From the sequence record ON529857.1: a DNA stretch of 64,000 nt, one strand, 5' to 3'. Below, one piece after another: positions 37,779-44,085 of the stretch. Under the pieces are notes generated by a model, which searched no databases, was not told the DNA's origin, and worked only from the letters and a program-made list of their open reading frames with translations. Position 1 is the first letter of the stretch, and each line of letters begins with the position of its first letter. A program made the position numbers and the translations under genes.

Positions 37779-37807
37779 AGGCTAAGCAATTTTTGGCTGA
37801 ATGTCAA
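37779..37807 (-). promoter_or_regulatory. Sigma70-type promoter for the PAS/TM genes
   Basis: TTGACA-N17-TAGCCT. Confidence 0.55.
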
Positions 37808-38006
37808 GGATTTCGTCAACGATTGACAGCCAAAATATTTCTTGACGAGGTCAAAAACACATCCCGACCGGGCGGGGTCCGGTCGAGACATGCCGACGAT
37901 AGATAAGGAGGACTCCAAGGTCACGGAATAGAACCCCGCCGCGACAATGACGTCTTTCTCCACCTAGCAGGTTACTCTTCCGACTGTCAACACATTACGT
38001 CAAAAA

Positions 38007-38089
38007 TGGCGACGCGCCCCGGACTCGAACCGGGCCTCTCAACCTTCGGAGGGTTGCGCCTGACGATGATCCTGCTCGGCCTGCGCGTC
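38007..38089 (-). tRNA. tRNA-Arg(CCG), enlarged D-loop
   Basis: Acceptor GACGCGC/GCGCGTC, loop CTCCGAA, T-loop TTCGAGT, CCA; 17-nt D-loop. Confidence 0.8.
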
Positions 38090-38109
38090 ATGTTTGACAG
38101 AAAAGGTGG

Positions 38110-38192
38110 TGGCGCCCTGGGTCTGATTCGAACAGACCTTCTCAACTCCTGCTACGGCTACTGGTTTCGTAGACCAGCCCGGTTACCAGGGC
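38110..38192 (-). tRNA. Atypical tRNA-Arg(ACG), D-arm nearly absent, long variable region
   Basis: Acceptor GCCCTGG/CCAGGGC, anticodon arm CTGGT-CTACGAA-ACCAG, T-arm and CCA intact; only 8 nt between acceptor and anticodon stems. Confidence 0.65.
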
Positions 38193-38222
38193 GTGTTGAC
38201 GATCACACTTCGTCAGTATAAA

Positions 38223-38306
38223 TGGCTCTTGCGGTAGGACTCGAACCTACAAGCCTTTCGGCGCTCGCTTAACAGGCGAGTGCGGCTACCATTTCGCCAC
38301 GCAAGA
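38223..38306 (-). tRNA. tRNA-Asn(GTT) with class II-type variable arm
   Basis: Loop CTGTTAA; variable arm CGCCGAAAGGCTT; CCA encoded. Confidence 0.8.
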
Positions 38307-38318
38307 TCAAAGAACAGT

Positions 38319-38392
38319 TGGTTCAGGGGGAAGGAATCGAACCCTCATTTGCCGGACCAAAACCGGACGTAATACCGTTATACCACCCCTGA
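38319..38392 (-). tRNA. tRNA-Gln(TTG)
   Basis: U1-A72 pair, loop TTTTGGT, CCA. Confidence 0.88.
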
Positions 38393-38399
38393 ACAATAG

Positions 38400-38474
38400 T
38401 GGTAGCGGGTGAAGGAATCGAACCTTCGCGTATCGGCGTGTGATACCGATGCCTTACCACTTGGCGAACCCGCT
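38400..38474 (-). tRNA. tRNA-Val(CAC)
   Basis: Full cloverleaf, loop ATCACAC, A73, CCA. Confidence 0.8.
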
Positions 38475-38556
38475 ATGCTGAAAGGCGAATCTCCACCTCT
38501 CAGGTCGTCTATGCGCTGGATCACATAATCCTTCGTTATGCGCTCTACAGCATAAA

Positions 38557-38631
38557 TGGTCCTCGAACTTGGAATCGAACCAAGATCATCCGATTATCGG
38601 TCGGGTGCACTAGCCGTTGTGCTATTCGAGG
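38557..38631 (-). tRNA. tRNA-Ile(GAT), C33
   Basis: Cloverleaf, loop CCGATAA, CCA. Confidence 0.85.
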
Positions 38632-38633
38632 GC

Positions 38634-38708
38634 TGGTAGCGGATGCAGGAATCGCACCTGCGCATGTCGGCGTGTCATACCGATGCCTTTCTACTTGGCT
38701 AATCCGCC
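38634..38708 (-). tRNA. tRNA-Val(GAC)
   Basis: Loop ATGACAC, variant T-loop TGCGATT, CCA. Confidence 0.8.
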
Positions 38709-38720
38709 ACACAGTAAAGG

Positions 38721-38795
38721 TGGCCCACTCGGGAGCGCTCGCATCTCCGTCTCGGGGATTTCACTCCCGCGCTACTCTGTCTCAGCTACGAGTGG
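38721..38795 (-). tRNA. tRNA-Phe(GAA), degenerate T-arm
   Basis: Acceptor CCACTCG/CGAGTGG, loop GTGAAAT, T-loop TGCGAGC, CCA; stem mismatches. Confidence 0.6.
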
Positions 38796-38796
38796 A

Positions 38797-38879
38797 TGGT
38801 GGGTGGTTGAGGCATCGAACCTCTCCCGTTAGGCGCGGTGTTACAGACCGCTGTCGGAGCCAACCGACTTTAACCACCC
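38797..38879 (-). tRNA. tRNA-Tyr(GTA)
   Basis: Loop CTGTAAC, ~10-nt variable arm, CCA. Confidence 0.85.
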
Positions 38880-38929
38880 GAATATTTAAATCAGTCTCCG
38901 CCGGTCATGGCGTTCTCCTGGGACATGGT

Positions 38930-38966
38930 AAAAGAAAAGGCCCGCCTGGGTTTCCAGGCGGGCCTT
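38930..38966 (-). terminator. Intrinsic terminator (attenuator) ahead of tRNA operon 1
   Basis: 13-bp stem AAGGCCCGCCTGG-AAAC-CCAGGCGGGCCTT followed by TTCTTTT. Confidence 0.9.
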
Positions 38967-38993
38967 CGAAGCTTGTTGCTGACTGTCTGGGGA

Positions 38994-39089
38994 CTATCCG
39001 CCCACCAAACCATCGCACATGCACGAACGGCCCGCCCGGTAAAACCGGACGACGCGAATGTTCTGCACGTTTTGGCGATAGGTCATCAT
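38994..39089 (-). CDS. Leader peptide 1 (31 aa, leaderless): MMTYRQNVQNIRVVRFYRAGRSCMCDGLVGG
   Basis: Not in the ORF track. ATG lies 7 nt after the -10 element; residues 4-18 use only amino acids of the downstream tRNAs. Confidence 0.85.
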   Translation of the reverse strand: MMTYRQNVQNIRVVRFYRAGRSCMCDGLVGG

Positions 39090-39096
39090 GGATTTG

Positions 39097-39125
39097 CTTT
39101 TACGCGATCTCTTTTATCGTGTCAA
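39097..39125 (-). promoter_or_regulatory. Sigma70-type promoter of tRNA operon 1
   Basis: TTGACA-N17-TAAAAG. Confidence 0.75.
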
Positions 39126-39320
39126 CTATTTCTTGGCGTGAACCCAAGATTTTTCCAGCGCGGGCTCCCAAACGCCCCAATTCCCAACAGTCGGATAGTC
39201 CCGGTAACGCCATCCGCCGCAGTGCCGGCACATCGCTTCCAACTGGCGGCGCTCTTCGGGAAAGGGCTCACAGTTGCCCCAAACGTCGCACGCGGGATCA
39301 CCTTCTTCACCATCCGTCAT
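39126..39320 (-). CDS. Small Cys/Trp-rich hypothetical protein (possible metal binding)
   Basis: C-x5-C and CRHC motifs; ATGA overlap with def. Confidence 0.6.
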   Translation of the reverse strand: MTDGEEGDPACDVWGNCEPFPEERRQLEAMCRHCGGWRYRDYPTVGNWGVWEPALEKSWVHAKK

Positions 39321-39859
39321 CCGTGACGGACACTCCGACGATGCGCCGCGAACTTCTTCAAAAGCATGGTGCGCTTCAACGCGGAGACCCGATCGATGTT
39401 GCGAATTCCGTCAAGGTGGTCCAGCTCATGCTGAATGCAGATCGCCTTGTAGCCGGACCCGTAAAGGGTCTGGCGCTCACCCTGGACGTCGCTGTATTCG
39501 ACCGTCACCTCGCGGTGGCGGCTAACGTCGAAGAAGACGCCCGGCATGGACAGACAGCCCTCCGGAAGCGTCACCATATCGTCCGACCTGTCGATGATGA
39601 CGGGATTGATCAACACCAACTTGGCGAGGCCCGGCAACATGCTTTGGGTCGGCAGCGGGCCATTGGGGAGATCAAGCATGGTGAACATCCGCACCGGAAC
39701 ACCCACCTGGACCGCTGCCAGGCCTGCGCCGTCCGCCGTCAGCATGGTGTGCAGCATGTCATGCGCCAGCGTGAGGAGGTCTTCATCGATCTCGGTGATT
39801 TCGGTCGAGACCTGTCGCATCAACGGATCGGTGCACGGTAGAATTTGTCGAAGCGCCAT
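39317..39859 (-). CDS. def: Peptide deformylase
   Basis: GAGLAAVQVG, EGCLS and QHELDHLDG motifs; start moved to MALRQIL at 39859 (TGATG overlap). Confidence 0.95.
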   Translation of the reverse strand: MALRQILPCTDPLMRQVSTEITEIDEDLLTLAHDMLHTMLTADGAGLAAVQVGVPVRMFTMLDLPNGPLPTQSMLPGLAKLVLINPVIIDRSDDMVTLPEGCLSMPGVFFDVSRHREVTVEYSDVQGERQTLYGSGYKAICIQHELDHLDGIRNIDRVSALKRTMLLKKFAAHRRSVRHG

Positions 39860-40098
39860 CAGGGCAAGCTCCCCAGACCGCCGGCGGCGGTGCTGCGGCC
39901 ATCGCGCCAACGGCCCACCAAACTGACCAGATGATCCGCGCGCGACTCCAGCTCCTCCAGGACGTCAATCATCTGCATCAAGGCCACGCACGCGTCCTCC
40001 AGACAGATGTCCTGGAGCTGGACGAGACGGCCCCCGACCATGACCTGATAGCCATGATACGGGGGCGTGCCGGCCGATGCGTTATCGGCGTGGGGCAT
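39859..40098 (-). CDS. Hypothetical protein
   Basis: Coupled by overlaps on both sides. Confidence 0.65.
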   Translation of the reverse strand: MPHADNASAGTPPYHGYQVMVGGRLVQLQDICLEDACVALMQMIDVLEELESRADHLVSLVGRWRDGRSTAAGGLGSLP

Positions 40099-40388
40099 CA
40101 GATTTCGCCGAGCGCCGACATATACAGGTCCAGGATGGCGTCTTCCTCCTGGCGCTTGGCCTTGTCCTGCTTGCGCAGGCGAATGACCTTGCGCAGAATT
40201 TTGACGTCGTAGCCTTCGCCCTTGGCCTCAGCGAAGACCTCCTTCATGTCCGCCATGACGGCCTGTTTGTCCTCTTCGAGGCGCTCCAGGCGTTCGATGA
40301 TGGAGCGCAGTCGACCCTGGGCCGAAGCGGTCAGGGCGTCGGAGTCGGCGAAGGTGGTGTCGCCGTCGGTCGTGGTGGGGTGAATCAT
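40098..40388 (-). CDS. gapR: GapR / DUF2312 nucleoid-associated protein homolog
   Basis: LRSIIERLERLEEDK...KEVFAEAKGEGYDVKILRKVIRLRK...ILDLYMSALG is the DUF2312 signature. Confidence 0.9.
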   Translation of the reverse strand: MIHPTTTDGDTTFADSDALTASAQGRLRSIIERLERLEEDKQAVMADMKEVFAEAKGEGYDVKILRKVIRLRKQDKAKRQEEDAILDLYMSALGEI

Positions 40389-40409
40389 TCTGTTCTCACA
40401 GGCGTTGCG

Positions 40410-40634
40410 TCACTGAGTGACAAGGAAATGAAGAATCGCCAGAAGATCGCGATCGACACGCGGGTCCTGCGCCTTCTGTTCGATGATGCGCAGGGCGGCC
40501 TTTCGTCGCGCGACCTGCCGGCCCACGACAATATTGCCATGCTGTTCTATGGCGTTTTCCAACTCTTCCGGATCGACATAGGTGGAAATCGGGTCGCCAT
40601 ATTTGCGGGCGCCGGGAAAACGAAACTCAGTCAT
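40410..40634 (-). CDS. Hypothetical protein
   Basis: GGAGGAGG 9 nt before ATG at 40634 (MTEFRFPG). Confidence 0.6.
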   Translation of the reverse strand: MTEFRFPGARKYGDPISTYVDPEELENAIEQHGNIVVGRQVARRKAALRIIEQKAQDPRVDRDLLAILHFLVTQ

Positions 40635-40772
40635 CCGTCCCATCCTCCTCCGCCACAAATCGTCCGTCGACGAAGGCGCCCACACGGGTGACGCCGTTCA
40701 GACGTTGAACCAGCTGTCCCTCCTCAATCCAGTAGTAGGGGATGCCCCACTCCTCATGGAAGAGAACGTCGG

Positions 40773-41075
40773 TCACGCTTCACCGGGGTGTGCGGCGTAA
40801 GGTGCGAAGGTGAAGTGATCGGGCGCCGCGACCGGCGGCAGATCATCAGCCGTGATCGGGCGGATGAAAAAGCGCATCAGCGCATTGTCGACGTTTTGCC
40901 AGGACGCCGCCTTCCATTCATCGCGCGCCGCCTCCCAGGTGGGAAAGACGCCCCGCACCACGACGGCCTCCGGATTACGAAACGCCGCATGGAACGTCGC
41001 CTTGTCTCTGGCGGGGTCCGTGACGGCCAAGTCCGCCATCTCTCCGCCGTAGACGGAATAACCGCAGACGCACAT
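40773..41075 (-). CDS. DUF4170-like protein
   Basis: VYGGE...GVFPTWEAARDEWKAASWQNVDNALMRFFI resembles the alphaproteobacterial DUF4170 family. Confidence 0.7.
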   Translation of the reverse strand: MCVCGYSVYGGEMADLAVTDPARDKATFHAAFRNPEAVVVRGVFPTWEAARDEWKAASWQNVDNALMRFFIRPITADDLPPVAAPDHFTFAPYAAHPGEA

Positions 41076-41839
41076 CAGCCGATCTCCACGATCAAATTGG
41101 GGTCGAAGTTAGGGTTCAACTCGTGCCCGATATAGCCGCGCGGATTGGTCAACACGCGCGTCTTGCCGATCTGGTAGTCGCTGGAATCGTGCATGTGACC
41201 GTGAACCCACAGGTCCGGCTCATACTCCAGGATCAGCGGCTCCAGGCGGGACGCATAACAGGGATTGAGCTCACTGCCGCGATAACGGGGATGGCTGGAC
41301 TGCTCCGAGGGCGCATGGTGGGTCACCACCACGGTCGGCCCATCATGCGCCAGGCGCAGCTGCTCCCGCAGAAAGAAAACGCTGCGCGTATGGAGGGATA
41401 GCACCGCCTCAGGCGTCAGGAGACGCATGGGCTCCGTTTCGATCTGTCGGTAGTCCGTCATGCCGCGCCGGGCCGCCATCATCGACAGATGTTGCGTGCC
41501 GTAGAGGTTGAAATCCGTCCACAGGGTCGCGCCCAGGAACCGCACGCCGTCGATCACGAGCGCCTCGTCATCCAGAACGTGCACCGAAGACCCCAGCTCG
41601 ACCGCCTTGGCCTTCATCTTCTCGATGTGGCGCTTAATTCGACGCTTGCCGTAGAACTCGTGATTGCCGGGGACGTAGACGACCGGGACGCCGGGAAAAT
41701 GACGATCCGCCCAGATCACGCCCACAACACCCGTGGCGGCGTCGCCGGCCAGGACCAGCACATCGCAAGGCGCCGGCGTGTAGTCGCGACCCATGCCGCC
41801 GAACTCCAGGTGCAGGTCGCTCAGAATGTTGATGCGCAC
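41075..41839 (-). CDS. Calcineurin-like metallophosphoesterase
   Basis: SDLHLE, AGD, PGNHE, VVTHHAP and WVHGHMH motifs. Confidence 0.92.
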   Translation of the reverse strand: MRINILSDLHLEFGGMGRDYTPAPCDVLVLAGDAATGVVGVIWADRHFPGVPVVYVPGNHEFYGKRRIKRHIEKMKAKAVELGSSVHVLDDEALVIDGVRFLGATLWTDFNLYGTQHLSMMAARRGMTDYRQIETEPMRLLTPEAVLSLHTRSVFFLREQLRLAHDGPTVVVTHHAPSEQSSHPRYRGSELNPCYASRLEPLILEYEPDLWVHGHMHDSSDYQIGKTRVLTNPRGYIGHELNPNFDPNLIVEIG

Positions 41840-41856
41840 GCGTATCCCCGTAAAAC

Positions 41857-41975
41857 TGGAGCGGGTGGGAAGACTTGAACTTCCGCCTCCGGGTTAGCGA
41901 CCCGGCACTCCTGATCTCGGCCGAGACCCGCAACCCGGTTCGGCCGAACCTGCTGCGCCCTAGAGCTTCACCCGC
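41857..41975 (-). ncRNA. tRNA-like element (GCT loop, Gly-type acceptor) with ~50-nt D-loop insertion
   Basis: Acceptor GCGGGTG/CACCCGC, U73, CCA, T-arm and anticodon arm CCGGG-TCGCTAA-CCCGG; the D-stem encloses two palindromic hairpins. Confidence 0.7.
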
Positions 41976-41979
41976 ATAA

Positions 41980-42395
41980 GGCGGCAGGAGTTTTAGAGGT
42001 GATGCGTCACCGGGCAAGCCCCCTGCCAGAAACCCCGTCTCCGCTTTTGTTAGGTCCAGAGACGAACGACCCTTCAAAGGCTCACATGGCACGACGTCGT
42101 CTCACGCGCTTCAGGCGTAGTCGCCCGAAACCGCAAGCCCGAGAGGTGGTGCACGATGGTATCGCCTTCCCGTGGCGACGTCTCGCGACGCCGCGATGTC
42201 TTACGACGCCTCTTCCCGGCCGCGTTCCGGAAAGAGGCGTCTAGCTGTTTGCGTGGAAACCGGACAAGCTCGCCCTACTCCCTAAGCAGTCCACGCTCCT
42301 CTGCTCGCGTCGTCCGGTCTGACGCTTCGCTCATCCAAGGCCTGGGTCTTTCGACCGGAACGTGCGCTACGTCAGGCCGCCGGGGATGTCTGTGT
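41980..42395 (-). ncRNA. Putative large structured ncRNA (~420 nt)
   Basis: No credible ORF. 15-bp hairpin at 42205..42241, GNRA-capped hairpins (GGTC-GAAA-GACC, CGTC-GCGA-GACG) and further helices; promoter-like TTGACG at 42424..42429. Confidence 0.55.
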
Positions 42396-42429
42396 GGGGA
42401 TTACTGGCACTGTTCGACACCGACGTCAA

Positions 42430-42465
42430 CAAAGAAAAACGCCCCGGCGTTTCGGCCGGGGCGTT
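42430..42465 (-). terminator. Intrinsic terminator ending tRNA operon 2
   Basis: AACGCCCCGG-N8-CCGGGGCGTT followed by TTTCTTT. Confidence 0.85.
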
Positions 42466-42467
42466 CT

Positions 42468-42782
42468 TCAGAGGTTCATCATCCACTGCTTGCGGTGGCG
42501 CGTGAAATCCTTCCAGGATTTGCCGGCGCGACGGGACGCCATGATGTCGTCCCAGGAGGACGGCAGGTGCTTCCGGCGCCCACGCACGGGGACGACGCGA
42601 TCATGAACGTCGCCCGCGTTTCGGCGGCGCTCCTGCATGGTGCGCGGATGCCGGAAATACTGCCGCCAGCGATGGCGAAAGCGCCGGCAGGGGTAGGGGT
42701 CGCCGGGCTCCGCATGGTAGATCGTCCAAGGCCCGACGAAATAGTATCCGGTATGGGTGATGCGTTGGAATTGGGGCTTCAA
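42468..42782 (-). CDS. Basic hypothetical protein (104 aa)
   Basis: GGAGG before the TTG start; C-terminal HLPSSWDDI...SWK...KQW motif; followed by a terminator. Confidence 0.7.
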   Translation of the reverse strand: MKPQFQRITHTGYYFVGPWTIYHAEPGDPYPCRRFRHRWRQYFRHPRTMQERRRNAGDVHDRVVPVRGRRKHLPSSWDDIMASRRAGKSWKDFTRHRKQWMMNL

Positions 42783-42885
42783 AACAGCCTCCTGTCAGGT
42801 TGATTACCTAACGGGTGCTGTGCTCCAGGTAGAACTTGATCATCATGGCCCCATGATACGGCAAGCTGGGCCGTTGGTCCAGAAT

Positions 42886-42974
42886 TGGTGGATGGAGCAG
42901 GGATCGAACCTGCGTAACGCTCTCGCGTGTCGACCGCTTAGCAAGCGGCTGCCTTACCTCTCGGCCACCCATCC
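42886..42974 (-). tRNA. tRNA-Ser(GCT)
   Basis: Loop TTGCTAA, long variable arm, CCA. Confidence 0.88.
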
Positions 42975-42981
42975 GGGGTGG

Positions 42982-43066
42982 TGGCGGTGCGCCAGGGAAT
43001 CGAACCCTCGACCTTGCGGTCGGCTACGGTTTTCAAGGCCGCTTGTCCCCATGGACGCTGCACACC
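42982..43066 (-). tRNA. tRNA-Ser(TGA)
   Basis: Loop CTTGAAA, long variable arm, G73, CCA. Confidence 0.82.
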
Positions 43067-43071
43067 AATGA

Positions 43072-43161
43072 TGGCGGACGGCGAGGGATTTGAACCCCCG
43101 GACCCTTGCGGGCCGCCTGCTTTCCGGGCAGGTGCCTTAAGCCGGACTCAGCCAGCCGTCC
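43072..43161 (-). tRNA. tRNA-Ser(GGA), C33
   Basis: Loop CCGGAAA, long variable arm, G73, CCA. Confidence 0.88.
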
Positions 43162-43166
43162 GTTGT

Positions 43167-43384
43167 TGGTGGAGGCGAGGGGATTCGAACCCCCGTAGAC
43201 GCCGAACCCCCGCATTACCAGGGGCCGATCTTCGGTTTAGAACGCGTGTGCCGCCCTGACCATCTTCCGCAGGCCAGGAGGTCTATCGTAACGACCCCGT
43301 CGATCGGTTGCCTCTGCGCCCCGGTTTTACCCGGACCGTTATTCTGTTCCACGGTGCTCATGCCGAAACCCGAGCGACGCCCCC
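43167..43384 (-). ncRNA. ssrA: Short one-piece tmRNA-like gene (218 nt)
   Basis: Ala-type acceptor GGGGGCG/CGCCTCC with G3-U70, A73 and CCA; T-arm GGGGG-TTCGAAT-CCCCT; stemless D-loop ending GGTTTCGGC; no anticodon arm. Confidence 0.65.
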
Positions 43385-43393
43385 GTGAAGAAA

Positions 43394-43481
43394 TGGAGGA
43401 TGGTGTGGGATTCGAACCCACGGAACCTTGCGGTCCTCCGGCTTTCGAAACCGGTGCGATCGGCCACTCCGCCAACCATCC
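43394..43481 (-). tRNA. tRNA-Ser(CGA)
   Basis: Loop TTCGAAA, long variable arm, CCA (U73). Confidence 0.88.
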
Positions 43482-43488
43482 ATATCAG

Positions 43489-43674
43489 TCAGACGGTCGC
43501 CGGACTGTAGTTGTCGATGTCGTCGACCCGGATCGCCGTTCCCGCCGCGATCTGGCGGTCGGCGCTCAACAGGTCGGCGACCAGGGCCTCCGCCGAGACG
43601 TCGCCTCCGGTGGTGGCGAACTTGACGTTCACCATTCCGTTGTCGTACATCTCGGCGATCGCTGAGCGATCCAT
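43489..43674 (-). CDS. Small hypothetical protein inside tRNA operon 2
   Basis: AAAGG before MDRSAIAE; natural amino-acid composition. Confidence 0.55.
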   Translation of the reverse strand: MDRSAIAEMYDNGMVNVKFATTGGDVSAEALVADLLSADRQIAAGTAIRVDDIDNYSPATV

Positions 43675-43707
43675 GGCAGGCCTTTCTGCCGGCATCACCG
43701 GCGGTTA

Positions 43708-43783
43708 TGGTGGAGATGAGGGGAGTCGAACCCCTGACATCCTGCTTGCAAGGCAGGTGCTCTACCAACTGAGCTACATCCCC
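43708..43783 (-). tRNA. tRNA-Ala(TGC)
   Basis: Canonical; G3-U70, loop CTTGCAA, CCA. Confidence 0.95.
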
Positions 43784-43813
43784 AAGATGGGTGTCAGTTT
43801 TCCTGACGAATGT

Positions 43814-43889
43814 TGGGCCTGGCACTCGGATTCGAACCGAGCCGTGCGGTTCCACAAACCGCCGCCTCCACCGCAGAGGCTTTACCAGG
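43814..43889 (-). tRNA. tRNA-His(GTG)
   Basis: Loop TTGTGGA, C73, CCA. Confidence 0.85.
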
Positions 43890-43892
43890 ATT

Positions 43893-43980
43893 TGGTCGCA
43901 GCGACAGGGATCGAACCTGCCCGGCCTTTCGGCCACCAGCCTCTCATGCTGGCGCGTCTACCAGACTCCGCCACGCTGCG
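43893..43980 (-). tRNA. tRNA-Leu(GAG)
   Basis: Loop ATGAGAG, class II arm, CCA. Confidence 0.9.
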
Positions 43981-43989
43981 ATCAAGTTT

Positions 43990-44075
43990 TGGTGCCGGTG
44001 GTGGGATTCGCACCCACCCGCCACTAAGGACACCAGTTTCTGAAACTGGCGCGTCTACTGCTTCGCCACACCGGC
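43990..44075 (-). tRNA. tRNA-Leu(CAG), copy with variant T-loop TGCGAAT
   Basis: Loop TTCAGAA, class II arm, CCA. Confidence 0.85.
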
Positions 44076-44085
44076 AATGATGTGT

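Noticed and set aside
37631-37963. 110-aa ORF upstream of the PAS gene
   Set aside because: It runs across a terminator-like hairpin and the PAS promoter, and overlaps the PAS gene out of frame.
38400-38474. TCA in the loop read as a Sec/opal suppressor tRNA
   Set aside because: The 7-nt loop ATCACAC centres on CAC, the paralog has GAC in the same place, there is no Sec-type long arm, and leader 1 contains GTG.
38890-38925. Micro-ORF M(SQENAM)TGGD between terminator 1 and tRNA-Tyr
   Set aside because: Too short to judge and unrelated to the tRNA set; may be chance despite an AGGAG.
41634-42092. 152-aa minus-strand ORF over the tRNA-like element and structured RNA
   Set aside because: It overlaps the phosphoesterase out of frame and has no RBS or protein-like composition.
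43225-43250. TTCTAAA loop read as an amber-suppressor (CTA) anticodon
   Set aside because: No anticodon stem forms around it. The surrounding ends fit a tmRNA-like gene, and the TAA is the candidate tag stop.
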